A stretch of 64,000 nucleotides of DNA from Octopus sinensis (GCF_006345805.1 NC_042999.1:23064001-23128000), one strand, 5' to 3'. Positions 24,989 to 37,490 are shown, counted from the first letter of the stretch. The notes: generated from the sequence alone by a model not told the origin. Made by a program: numbers and translations.

Positions 24989-25206
24989 CTGCTAGATGTG
25001 ATGACCGTATCAGTAATAGGGGAATAAATGATTCCAGTTATTGGTCCATCGTGGCCATCATCATTTGTGACTTTATCAGAACCAGAAGGAACTGACCAAA
25101 TGCGGAGAGAACCATCTTTTGAACAAGAACATATTACACCTTTATTGGTACAAGACACACCTAGAACCTGGTCACAGTGACCTTTAAGACAGAAGTTTTC
25201 TTTGAG
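24989..25206 (-). CDS. TEP1: TEP1-like exon (phase 0-2)
   Basis: CAG acceptor, GTAAGT donor; LKENFCLKGHCDQVLGVSCTNKGVICSCSKDGSLRIWSVPSGSDKVTNDDGHDGPITGIIYSPITDTVITSS. Confidence 0.9.
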
Positions 25207-25284
25207 CTGTGAGAGAAAGCAAAATGTTATAATCAGAGATATATAAATAAATTATGATTTTGATAAGACATAGTGATAATAATA

Positions 25285-25500
25285 GTTGCAAATTTTTCCA
25301 CAAGGGCAGCAATTTTGAGAAAGGGATGTGTTAATTGCATCAACCCGTGTTCAACTGGTACTTAATTTATTGACCCTGAAAGGATAACAGGTAAAGTTGA
25401 ACTTGGCGGAATTTGAACTCCAAACATAGTGACAAAAAAAAAGAATACCACTAAACATTTCGTCAGGAATGCTAATGATCCTGGCAGCTCGCTGCCTTAG
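25285..25500 (-). mobile_element. Family B SINE
   Basis: Core motif present. Confidence 0.78.
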
Positions 25501-25597
25501 ACACAACAATAATAATAACAACTGGTCACTAGAACTCAATATATTTATGCTTTAGAATGAAGCATTTGGTGAATCAGAGCATAATATAAAAAAACCT

Positions 25598-25920
25598 GGC
25601 ACTCTGTCGGTTACGACAACGAGGGTTCCAGTTGATCTGATCAACGAAACAGCATGCTCTTGAAATTAACGTGCAAGTGGCTGAGCTCTCCACAGATATG
25701 TGTACCCTTGATGATGTGCTCAAAGAGATTCAGCATGACACAGAGTGTGACAAGGCTGGCCTTTTAAAATACAGGTACTATTCACTTTTGCCAGCTGAGT
25801 GGACTAGAGCAACGTGAAATTAAGTGTCTTGGTGAAGGACACAATGCATCACTGGAAATTGAACTCACAACCTTACGATCATGAGCCGAATACCCTAAGC
25901 ACTAGGCCACATGCCTTCAC
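25598..25920 (-). mobile_element. SINE with family D tail and different tRNA head
   Basis: CTGTCGGTTACGACAACGAGGGTTCC tail shared with 16266. Confidence 0.75.
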
Positions 25921-26037
25921 AGAGCATAATATAAAGTATTGAACAATACAAGAATAGAAATTATGTCACTTTCATAAGCTTACAGCTGTTTCTGTTATAA
26001 GAAGCAGTGCATTCAAGCTGTATTACACTTATAAAAA

Positions 26038-26396
26038 CTAGCTGACCATGTGCCGTCAGTAATGATGGCTAATAGTAGTATTTTATATATAAATAAGGTA
26101 CATAATAATCACACATACAAACATTTACATACTTCCCTTGTACATGCACACATATACTCACACAGAGTTGAAATGCTGATATTTTCTCTCCTTCCTTCCT
26201 TATTCATCTATCACCCCTTCCTTTCTCTCATTACTATTACTTTCTCTCACCCCCTGTCAGTCAGGGAAATTACTCTCACTACTTCTCCTTCACTGAATTA
26301 CTATTTTCTCTCCTCCTCTGCTTCTGGCATGACTCTAGACAAATATATATATATGTACAAATATATAAAAACACTACACTCATTATTATATTAGGA
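26038..26396 (-). mobile_element. Non-autonomous Helitron, family 3
   Basis: Minus strand A|TCCTAATATAATAATGAG start; GCCGTCA-GTAA-TGATGGC hairpin at 26052-26069; CTAG|T end. Confidence 0.72.
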
Positions 26397-26951
26397 TATA
26401 TATATATATCATTCCAAAGGTAATAATTCTTATATATTTAGATGCTTTCTGAAATAAACATACACTTCATTTTATAGCAGAAAAATCATAAGCTAATGAA
26501 GTTGATGATGTAATTTTTGTCCCCTTGTCATTCAATAGCCTATGTAGATTACATACATACATATATATATCGGTTTCAAATTTTGCACAAGGTTAGTTTT
26601 TGAGCAGAGGGCAATTACACTGAACCCCACCAGCTGGTACTTACACACACACACACATATATATAGAGGTCATGAGAGGTAATGGTGTCATTGAGACCCA
26701 AAGGTGTCAGGTAATGCTGAATAAATGCTATAGATGGACTGCAGTTAAGTTCCAGATTCAGTGATTAAATTCTATTGGATTTTATTCATAAGGTATTGGA
26801 ATATTATATGCATACCATTCTGCCTAAAAAAATGGATCTACAAATGCAGTATCCCTACATATCTCACATCTATTTTCTTTTATTTCCTCCACTTCACTCA
26901 CTATTTTATATCTTATCTAAATTAACTATTTCTTAACCATCCTCTCACACC

Positions 26952-26999
26952 GTCTCCAATGAAGGAATATAATAAATATCCTGGAAACAGCTGTAAGAC
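26952..26999 (+). ncRNA. Degenerate minimal hammerhead (Penelope-like remnant)
   Basis: GUCU-CCAAUGA-AGGA..UCCU-G-GAAA-CAGCUG-UA-AGAC; palindromic stem III; core mutated. Confidence 0.45.
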
Positions 27000-27092
27000 C
27001 TTCTATCTATAAATGTTCTAAAATCTACACAGCCTTGATTTTTTATCTCATTAGGAAAAAAAATTTATATATATATACATACATATATATAT

Positions 27093-27124
<32 letters not shown>

Positions 27125-27247
27125 TTATATATATATATAACATTTGTTTTAATGCCACATTATATGTAAGAACAATTTAACATTAAACTTGTAATGTATG
27201 TACATATGTATGCATGTATGTATGCATATATGTATTAATGTATGTAT

Positions 27248-27484
27248 GGCACCTGTGTCGGTGGCACATAAAAACACCATCCGAGCGTGGCCGTTCGCCA
27301 GCCTCGTCTGGCATTGTGTCGGTGGCACATAAAATCACCCACTACACTCTCGGAGTGGTTGGCGTTAGGAAGGGCATCCAGCTGTAGAAACACTGCCAGA
27401 TCTGACTGGCCTGGTGCAGCCTTCGGGCTCCCCAGACCCCAGTTGAACCGTCCAACCCATGCTAGCATGGAAAGCGGACGTTAA

Positions 27485-27520
<36 letters not shown>

Positions 27521-27665
27521 GTGTTAGGAAGGGCATCCAGCTGTAGAAACATTGCCAGATAAGACTGGAGCCTGGTACAGCCTTCTGGCTTCCCAGATCC
27601 CCGGTCGAACCGTCCAACCCATGCTAGCATGGAGAACGGACATTAAACGATGATGATGATGATGG
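27248..27665 (+). mobile_element. Two tandem family C 3' ends
   Basis: Two tails each followed by (GAT)n. Confidence 0.85.
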
Positions 27666-28201
27666 ACAGAGGGCGTTATCAGATATGAAAGAGAAGAACT
27701 GTGAAATGGAAAATAAAGAATCAGTCAGTATATGGAATATACTTGGAATGGCAGAGATTGCCTACTGTCCAAGATGACAGGATGAGAGTCTATTGAATAA
27801 ATAGGAGACAAAATGGCAGGGCTGAGATAAGTGTTTCATTAATTTGAGGACATGAATACAAAAGCTTAACGTAGGCCTTGTCAATTCAATGAGAAACCTC
27901 TGAAGTACCTTTTAATCTTTCGACATGGATAAAGCAGAATGCTAATTGAGAGTATTGGATTGACAGAATTATTATAGCATCAGAGAGGATGCCTTGTGGT
28001 TATAGCTATAATCCTTTGTATTTTGGGTTCTTCGGTGGCAGATTTAATTTGGTAGACTTAACAGGCTTCAATAATTGCTGCATCACTGAGAAAAATCGTA
28101 AATGGCCCTTAAGGAGCAAAATGCTCAGTAAGAAATTGCAGAAATGTCTTTCTTGAACTTGAAAGACTGCCATTACAATATATGTATGTATGATAGCATA
28201 C

Positions 28202-28610
28202 TCTTTACTCTTCTACTTGTTTCAGTCATTTGACTGTGGCCATGCTGGAGCACCACCTTTAGTCGAGCAAATCGACCCCGGGACTTATTCTTTGTGGGTC
28301 TAGTACTTATTCTATCGGTCACTGTTGCCGAACTGCTAAGTTACGGGGACGTAAGCACACCAGCATCGGTTGTCAAGCGATGTTGGGGGTACAAACACAC
28401 ACACAAACATATACACACACATACATACATATATATATATACATATATACGATGGGCTTCTTTCAGTTTCTGTCTACCAAATCCACTCACAAGGCTTTGG
28501 TCGGCCCGAGGCTATAGTAGAAGACACTTGCCCAAGGTGCCATGCAGTGGGACTGAACCGGGAGCTATGTGGTTCATAAGCAAGCAACTTACCACACAGC
28601 CACTCCTACG
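28202..28610 (-). mobile_element. SINE family A
   Basis: Colinear copy. Confidence 0.85.
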
Positions 28611-28906
28611 CTCATGAGTGACTGCTGGATCTACTATACTGTGTGGTACTGCCATAGACCTTCCTTTTTTAATACTACCACCAAATGCTATCTCTTTTTT
28701 GATTGATTCATTCCAAGCTACATATTGATTGGAATAACAACAAATTACTAACCTGCAAACAAGCAAATAAAATATATTCCTTCTTAATTAACACAACTGT
28801 AGTTAATTAAAGATTACAGTGTTAATTAAGAATGCACTACAACAGACATACAAATGAAAATAAGACGAAACAAATGTTGTTGCACAAAAGAATGATGTCC
28901 ACTTAC

Positions 28907-29001
28907 AGTTAGGGGCTCCCATATGTTCACAAAACCATCATCACTACATGTTGCCAAGGTAACAGATCTCTCCTTTCTCAAACTGGTCGTTTTCTTTTTA
29001 G
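28907..29001 (-). CDS. TEP1: TEP1-like exon (phase 1-0)
   Basis: TAG acceptor, GTAAGT donor; KKKTTSLRKERSVTLATCSDDGFVNIWEPLT; phase fits both neighbours. Confidence 0.85.
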
Positions 29002-29369
29002 CTACAACATTTGCCCATGTTTTTCGTGCTGATCAAAATGGAATTGATTCCAGAATGCAAAAAAAAGATCAATTATAAAATAAAATATATATATCAGAGG
29101 AATGTATATATGTATATATATGAATATATACGAAGAAAGACAGAGAGTGAGGCAGATATATAGACACACATATATACATACATACTTAGATATACATATA
29201 TATATATCTCAAAATAAGTAATAAGGATATCCAGAAGTAATGTTGCTTATTTTGATTATAACCTCTTTATTTTAAATTATATGGATAATACCATACTAAA
29301 TTCTGGTGCCTTCAGCTTAAGTACCATATTCATCTGAATCAAAATTTTACTCAACTTACATATATAATA

Positions 29370-29760
29370 TATATCATCATTATCACCATCATCGTTTAAC
29401 ATCCGTTTTCCATGCTAGCATGAGTTGGACGGTTTGACTGGGATCTGGGAAGCCAGGAGGCTGCACCAGGCTCCAGTCTGATCTGGCAGTATTTCTACAG
29501 CCCTTCCTAATGCCAACCACTCTGTGAGTGTAGTGGGTGCTTTTTACATTCCACTGGCACAGGTGCCAGGCGAGGCTGGAAATGGCTATGATTGGTTGGT
29601 GCTTTTTATGTGCCACCGGCACAGAAGCCAGTCAAGGCAGTGCTGGCATTGGCCACATTCGGATGGTGCTTTTTACGTGCCACCAGCACAGGTATCACAA
29701 CTATAATTTCCATTTGATTTTTTGATGTTGATGTACTTGACTCAATAGGTCTCTTCAAGC
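29370..29760 (-). mobile_element. Family C 3' end
   Basis: Tail plus three hairpin units. Confidence 0.82.
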
Positions 29761-30274
29761 ACAGCAGGTCTCCTGAAGCACAGCAGATATATATTAAAAT
29801 AAAAACAATGATGATGTACATAAGGACGCATGGCCTAGTGGTTAGAGGTTTGTACTCATGACCACGAAATCATGGGTTCAATTCTTAGACCAGGCGACAC
29901 GTGTTCTTGAGCAAAACACCTCATCTCACATTATTCTGCAATCGCTTCAACAACATGTGACACACCATGAACCTGTTCAGGTATTGTTGCTCTGATGGAG
30001 GGAATGTTTGATCATTGTAGACAAATCATCTGTAAACGCTGCTCAGTAAGAAACTGCAGAAGCATCTTTCTTGAACTTGAAAGACTGCCATTACAATAAA
30101 TGTATGTATGATACCAGACTTCATTCAAACTAGAAGACTTTATTTCTAAACAATCTGTAATGATAATTTTTTCTAACAAGGCATTGACATCAGTGTTAAT
30201 GAAGTATCTTAAAAGGGTTCATCTAATAAAATTTATAACCTTATGAAAATAAACTGTCTTAAAAAAAAACTAAC

Positions 30275-30422
30275 CTTCAGTTAAATCAACGTCTTCATTT
30301 TGTAATCGCATATCGCAATCATTAACTCGATTACTGTGGCCAAAGAGGGTGGTCACTTCAAATCCTTTATCTGACCAGATTTTGACAGAGCCATCAGAAC
30401 AGGCTGAGGTAACACATTGCTT
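30275..30422 (-). CDS. TEP1: TEP1-like exon (phase 0-1)
   Basis: CAG acceptor, GTTAGT donor; KQCVTSACSDGSVKIWSDKGFEVTTLFGHSNRVNDCDMRLQNEDVDLTE. Confidence 0.88.
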
Positions 30423-30468
30423 CTGTAAAATAGAAAATGACATATATGTGTATGTGTGTATGTATGTA

Positions 30469-30517
<49 letters not shown>

Positions 30518-30602
30518 GAGCAAAACACTGTCCCCACCCCTCATCACGTCCAATGGACAGTGCTGAGTTGTCAAACATTTAAACCAAATTTTCTCAAAAT
30601 AA

Positions 30603-30910
30603 CTTGTCCGACCGTCCCATAGGCTTCCCCTTTGAGAAACACTGATTTTATCTAAATTTGAGACACCAGCAAAAGAAGAAATAAAGATAGCAACAGCTGA
30701 TGTACTTGCGCGTGCAAATGCACGTTCCCATGGCTTTATCGATCGCATTTCATCTGGAATTGATTTAAAAATTTTTTTCAAGACTTATACACGCCCTGAT
30801 ACCGTCGGTATCTCCATATCAAATTTGAGCGCAATCGGATGGAGGGTGCCCGAGATCCTAGAAGACACATACACACACACACACACACAGATCGGATTTT
30901 ATATAATAGA
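30603..30910 (-). mobile_element. Probable non-autonomous Helitron, family 4
   Basis: A|TCTATTATATAAAATCCGATC(TG)n start; ends CAAG|T (CTAG variant); hairpin weak. Confidence 0.55.
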
Positions 30911-31121
30911 TATATATATGTCAGTAAATGGTGGGGTTGTGTTAATCACACATGGAGAAATGATAGGAAAAGCAAAAATAATAATAATAGGGCAGAATGC
31001 TCAACTGAAAGCAAATTTTAATATAAATGGGTGTAAGATTTCCTTTTTTAATCTTTCTTACACCCATTTATATTAAAATTTGCTTTCAGTTTAGCATTCT
31101 GCCTTATTATATTTTTCCTTT

Positions 31122-31169
<48 letters not shown>

Positions 31170-31230
31170 GTTTGTGTGTGTGTGTGTGATATATATATAT
31201 ATATATATATATGTTGTGTGTTGTGTGTGT

Positions 31231-31276
<46 letters not shown>

Positions 31277-31464
31277 ATATATAATATATATATATATGTA
31301 GGTCCCGGGTTGATTCGGGGTTAACCACAGTAAATAGGTACTCAATACATAGCAGAGTAAATTAATTTATTATATAGGAAGGAGCTTCTACAGGACTAGA
31401 ACTGTTTCATTCAAGAGAATGTTAACTAAATTGATGTAAGTTAACTAAACAATTCTTGTTAACT

Positions 31465-31514
31465 AGCTTCTGAAGATTTCTCTTGAATGAAACAGTTCTA
31501 GTCCTGTAGAAGCT
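31465..31514 (+). ncRNA. Candidate type I hammerhead ribozyme (Penelope-like remnant)
   Basis: AGCUU-CUGAAGA-UUUC(UCUU)GAAU-GAAA-CAG(UUCUAGUC)CUG-UA-G-AAGCU: intact core, three stems, GUA triplet. Confidence 0.6.
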
Positions 31515-31529
31515 CCTTCTATATAATAA

Positions 31530-31537
31530 ATAAAAAA

Positions 31538-31578
<41 letters not shown>

Positions 31579-31689
31579 ATATATATATATATATATTATG
31601 TGTGTGTGTGTGTGTGTTGTGTGTGATATATATATATATATATATATGTGGTGTGTGTGTGTGTGTGTGTGTGCATACATGTTTGTATC

Positions 31690-31724
<35 letters not shown>

Positions 31725-32190
31725 GCATACGTTTGTATCTATCTATGTGTGTGTGTGTATGTATGTGTGCATACATGTTTGTATCTATGTGTGTGTGTGT
31801 GTGTATGTATGTGTGCATACATGTTTGTATCTATGTGTGTGTGTGTGGTGTATGTATGTATGTATGTGTGCATACGTTTGTATCTATCTATGTGTGTGTG
31901 TGTGTATGTATGTGTGCACACATTTTTGTATCTATCTATGTGTGTGTGTGTATGTATGTGTGCATACATGTTTGTATCTGTGTGTGTGTGTGTATGTATG
32001 TGTGCACACATTTTTGTATCTATCTATGTGTGTGTGTGTATGTATGAGTGCATACATGTTTGTATCTATGTGTGTGTGTGTGTGTATATGTTTGTATCTG
32101 TGTGTGTGTATGTATGTGTGCATACATGTTTGTATCTGTGTGTGTGTGTGTGAGTATATGCTTGTATTTATGCATGTGTGTGTGCATATG
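31530..32190. repeat. (TG)/(TA)/(TATG) compound microsatellite
   Basis: Direct inspection; similar tracts at 20340-20660, 37600-37880, 38330-38980, 44350-44630, 45005-45330. Confidence 0.9.
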
Positions 32191-32390
32191 TGTGAGGTGT
32201 GATTGTGGGGATGCGGACTGTCAAGTATTATGCTTATAGAAATTGCCTGAACTTGGAGGAACGAGGTGATTTGAGACTGAAACTGAGCAACGTTCAGCCT
32301 GATACCAATGCCTTGATTCCGGGTCACCATGCTCATCCCTTACATTGATTGATGTTGTCAATTTCATTAAAAAATGGAGTGGCTGTGTAT

Positions 32391-32810
32391 AGGCGCAGGA
32401 GTGGCTGTGTGGTAAGTAGCTTGCTAACCAACCAAATGGTTCCGGGTTCAGTCCCACTGCATGGCATCTTGGGCAAGTGTCTTCTGCTATAGCCCCGGGC
32501 CGACCAATGCCTTGTGAGTGGATTTGGTAGACGGAAACTGAAAGAAGCCTGTCGTATATATGTATATATATATATATATAAGTGTGTGTGTATATGTTTG
32601 TGTGTCAGTGTTTGTCCCCCTAGCATTGCTTGACAACCGACGCTGGTGTGTTTACGTCCCCGTCACTTAGCGGTTCGGCAAAAGAGACCGATAGAATAAG
32701 TACTGGGCTTACAAAAGAATAAGTCCCAGGGTCGATTTGCTCGACTAAAGGTGGTGCTCCAGCATGGCCGTAGTCAAATGACTGAAACAAGTAAAAGAGT
32801 AAAGAGTAAA
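32391..32810 (+). mobile_element. SINE family A
   Basis: Colinear copy. Confidence 0.87.
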
Positions 32811-33204
32811 TAAGTGCCACCTTCATTTACTTCTAATGTATACCTATACATATGTCTATGTGTGTGTAACTGTGTGTGTGTATATGTGTCTGAAAGTGTA
32901 TGTGTATGCATGTGTGTATGTGTGTGTGTGTGTATGCTTGTCTTGGCATCAGATGTTGGGTATAAATGTGTTGTTTCTAATCGCGAAAACAATTTCATAA
33001 AAATTGAAAGTTTAATACTGTATACTCGTACACATAGTTTTAAATGCAAAAAGTGTGTCATCTTCAATAGAATTTCTTCATTTGTCGTACATGTATATTT
33101 TTAGCTAACATTTTAATTGTCAGCATCAGTACCCAGTACGCATTTAAGATATGGTAGGGTAGGGTAGGGTTAGGGTATAAAGATATCTTATATGAGGAGG
33201 GTGG

Positions 33205-34130
33205 TCATGCAGAAGAAGTGGCTAAAGGGGGTCTCTGGGGAAAGACAAGGGGCTGGAGGGGGGGGGGGTTGATGCAGGAAAAGTTGCTAAAGGGGGTCAC
33301 TGCGGAAGAAGTGGCGGCTATAGGGATTTGATGCAGAAGAAGTGGCTAAAGGGGACTGATGCAGAAGGAGAACTGGCTAAAGAGGGCCGATGCAGAAGAA
33401 GAAGTGGCTAAAGGGGGTTGATGTGGAAAGACAAGGGGCTAAAGGGGGCCGATGCAGACAGAGAAGTGACAGAAGGGCGTCAATGTGGAAGGAGAAAAGG
33501 CTAAAGAGGGCTGATGCGGAAGAAGTGACTAAAGGGGCTCGATGTGGAAAGACAAGGGGCTAAAAATGGTTGATGCAGAAAGAGAAGTGGCAGAAGAGAG
33601 TTGATGTGGAAGGAGAAGTGGCTAAAGGGGGTCGCTGTGGAAAGACAAGGGGCTGGAAGGGGTCGATGCAGAAGGAGAAGTGGCTAAAGGGGCCAATGCG
33701 GAGGCAAAGTGGCTAAAGGGGGGGGGAGCCAATGCGGTAAGACAAGGGGCTAAAAAGGGTTGATGCAGAAGGAGAAGTGGCTGAAAGGGGCCGATGCGGA
33801 AAGAGAAGAGACTAAAGGGGGTTGCTGCGGAAGAAGTGGCTATAGGGGGTCGATGCAGAAGTGGCTAAAGGGGGACCATGCAGAAGGAGAAGTGACTAAA
33901 GAGGGCCAATGCGGAAGAATAAGTGGCTAAAGGGGGTCGATGTGGAAAGACGAGGGGCTAAAGGGGGTCGATGCAGAAGGAGAAGTGGCAGAAGGGGGGG
34001 GCGATGCAGAAGAAGAAGGAGAAAAGGCTAAAGGGGGTCGATGCAGAAGGAGAAGTGGCAGAAGGGGGGGGCGATGCAGAAGGAGAAAAGGCTAAAGGGG
34101 GTCGATGCAGAAGGAGAAGTGGCTAAAGGT
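33205..34130. repeat. ~31-bp purine-rich minisatellite
   Basis: GATGCAGAAGGAGAAGTGGCTAAAGGGGGTC unit, ~30 copies. Confidence 0.9.
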
Positions 34131-34255
34131 GTTTGATGGTCAAAAAAGTTTGGCGACCCTTGAACTAAACCCTTCAAGATAGTGCCCCAGCATGGTCACT
34201 GACTAATGACTCAAACAAATATAAGATAGAGAAAAAAGAGGAAAAGACATCTTAC

Positions 34256-34363
34256 CCTATAACTGACAGCATTAATAGGAGCCATGTGACCAGTCATTGT
34301 GCTGGCTAGTGTGCCATTTCTGGTATTCCAAACTTTTATCAAAAAGTCATTTGAACATGTGAC
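34256..34363 (-). CDS. TEP1: TEP1-like exon (phase 0-0)
   Basis: T-rich+TAG acceptor, GTAAGA donor; VTCSNDFLIKVWNTRNGTLASTMTGHMAPINAVSYR, a WD40 segment. Confidence 0.9.
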
Positions 34364-36449
34364 CTAAAAAAAGATTTAAAAAAAAAAACAGTTAATAACA
34401 TTCAATGAAACATTCTGTTAAAAATAATTACCGTATTTGACAGCCTCCAAGACACACCTTTTTTTTTACCCCAAAATGGCTTTAAAAATCCCCCTGCATC
34501 AAATGCACTCAATGTAGGCTCAAAACTCCCTCAAAATGGTTATGTTTACAAAACATGTGTTGCCATCTATTGGTGAACAATCACCTATGGTATGTTTATA
34601 TGAAATGTGGATGCAATAAATTGCTTATAATTACCGGTAATAACATAAAGTTATACAGGTAAGTGGAGTATTAAAACATTATTTTAGTGGTATCTTATTT
34701 TACAAAAGTATAGCCTAGGCTAGGGTGTGTCCTATGCATTTGTGCATCTTATAGGTCATCAAATATGGTAAGCTGCTTGATTAAGAAATTTGCCTTCAAA
34801 TGTTGTGGTTCCAAGTTCCAGGTCCAATCACACCATGTGGTGCTTTGGACAAGTGTCTTTTACTATAATATCAGACCAACCAAAGCCTCGTGAGTAGATT
34901 TGGTAAACAGAAAGTGAAAGTAGGCTGTTGTAAATAGGTACAGTTGTATATGTGTATAGGCATTGTGTGTGTGGGGAAGGTGCCTCTGTGTCTCCCTATC
35001 TTGACATCATGCAATGGCTGTAAATGAGTGCCACCTTCATTTACTTCTAATGTATACCCATACATGTGTGTGTGTATGTGAGTGTGTGTGTATGTATGTG
35101 AGTTTGTGTATCCTTGTCTTGGCATCATATGGTGGATATAAATGAAAGTTGTTTGTTTCCAATCTTTCATAAAACCGAGCCCGACTACAGGGAAATCTGT
35201 GTTTGCTTGGAAACAGGTGAGGATGGGTGACAGGTAAATTTGCCTTAATGAATTTCATCTGACCCATGCAAGCATGGACAAATGGATATTAATGTGATGA
35301 GGATGATGATATCATTGATGACGATAATGATGACAATGACAGTGATGATAACGACGATGATGATAATGAAGATGATAAGGAGAATTATGATGTTGCTGAC
35401 AATGGTAATGATAATGATGATGATGTTGCCCTTGCTGTTGTTTAGCCCAAAGTAAGCCCTGGTTAAGCAGACCTGTGTACATCTACACTTCTGAATACTT
35501 GAGAACATGTCCATATATGGTAATAAAGAAAATACGCATAGCACATTTACGTGTATTTGTATATTTGTATTCACATACATTTACTTACATCTCTTTATTT
35601 ATTATAAAAATAATAATAAATACTACACTCAACATAGACATATTCACTGATACTTCAATTAATGTTTGGCTGTTTTGTATATAACTATACATAAAAACAA
35701 CTATTGGGATAAATGTGTATGAATATATATATACATAGGGTGTCCATAATATATCTTTATAACAGAAATTGAACATCGTGTAGATATGCTGTGTGCAACG
35801 AATGGAGACACATGGAAATGTTTTGATGTTTCTAATAAAACTATATTACTTTATATTTGTGTGCCCCTGTTTTCCAATAAACTCTGCAGGGTCACTCATA
35901 TTTCTCATTTCTTCCTGAATTTTTAAAATTGTAAAGATAATTTATGGAAACCCTGTATATATATATAACATGTGACAACCAACTAATTGTCACATATTAT
36001 ATTTATAGATAAATTCCTCTATTTTACATAATATCATGGGATCCTAGGTTCAATCTCACCTCATGGTAATTTTCTAAATCCCCAGGTTACACCATAATTT
36101 ATAAATACATACATATATATATCATATGAAAGCACATGGCTCAGTAGTTAGAGCATTGGGCTCACAATTACGAGGTAGTGAGTTCAATTCCTGGACCAGG
36201 CTGTATGTTGTGCTCTTGAGCAAGACACTTTATTTCATGTTGCTCCAGTTCACTCATCTTTAGAAATGAGTTGCAATGTGACTGATGCCAAGCTGTATCA
36301 GTCTTTGCCTTTCCCTTGGATAACATTGGTGGCATGGAGAAGGGAGGCTGGTATGCATAGGTGACTGGTCTTCCATAAAAAAAAAAACCTTGCCTGGCAC
36401 TTATGCCTTGGATGTGCAATCCCATGGTACAATCCCATGGTGTCTTTAC

Positions 36450-36870
36450 TCTTATTTCTTTACTGCCCACAAGGGGCTAAACACAGAGAAGACAAACAAG
36501 GACAGACAAACGGATTAAGTTGATTATATCGACCCCAGTGTGTGACTGGTACTTATTTAATCGACTCCAAAAGGATGAAAGGCAAAGTTGACCTTGGTGG
36601 AATTTGAACTCAGAATGTAGCAGCTGATGAAATACCTATTTCTTTACTACCCACAAGGGGCTAAACACAGAGAGGACAAACAAGGACAGACAAACAGATT
36701 AAGTTGATTATATCGACCCCAGTGTGTAACTGGTACTTATTTAATCGACTCCGAAAGGATGAAAGGCAAAGTCGACCTCGGTGGAATTTGAACTCAGAAC
36801 GTAGCGGCAGACGAAATACTACTAAGCATTTTGCCTGGCATGCTAACGTTTCTGCCAGGTCACCACCTTT
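36450..36870 (-). mobile_element. Tandem pair of family B alternative-tail SINEs
   Basis: CCCACAAGGGGCTAAACACAGAG at ~36467 and ~36650. Confidence 0.85.
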
Positions 36871-37148
36871 GATGTCATTACTCTTCAGTGTCTTAACCCT
36901 ACATATATGTTAGACAAACTTTTACAAGAAGCAAGGTGGCAGTTACTTCAAAATTTTGATCTGCTAGCTTTCTTAGATGTGTCTCTACTTGTAAAAGAAT
37001 AATAAATATGTACCTTACAAAAAGTATTGTGTAATTCTTCAGTTTAATATTAAACCACTTTTATTATAACTTGGCTTAAAAGCAATCAATATACATGAGT
37101 AGGTAGGTAGGTAGACAGATATATATATATATATAATAATATATATAT

Positions 37149-37198
<50 letters not shown>

Positions 37199-37455
37199 GT
37201 ACAAAATTGCAGGCATACAGATGAACCTATGTATTTATGTATGCCAAAAGTTATTGAAGACATAAATGTCATTAGGTCTGTATACAATATAATGGACATA
37301 ACTATGTATGCACAACTATACATGTATAAATATATGTTTGTGTGTGTGTGTGTGTGTGTGAGTGTGTGATCATTTGTATGTTGCAAGAAAAGATGTTCCA
37401 TATATATGTAGAGAGAGAGGAAGAGAAGAAAAAAAGAGATGAATACATCTGAATT

Positions 37456-37490
<35 letters not shown>

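Noticed and set aside
28124-30118. 75-bp match between 28124-28195 and 30040-30118
   Set aside because: Probably a shared SINE tail segment rather than a local duplication
30130-30170. Possible extra micro-exon between 30275 and 29001
   Set aside because: Would end in phase 2, incompatible with the phase 1 acceptor downstream
31519-32336. Long VCVCMY / HTHT ORFs (also 20321-20780, 37543-37992, 38341-39038, 44963-45429, 61625-62612)
   Set aside because: Dinucleotide microsatellites lack stops by composition
33153-33176. GGTAGGGTAGGGTAGGGTTAGGG as telomeric repeat inside a telomerase-associated gene
   Set aside because: Only one true TTAGGG; too short to be meaningful
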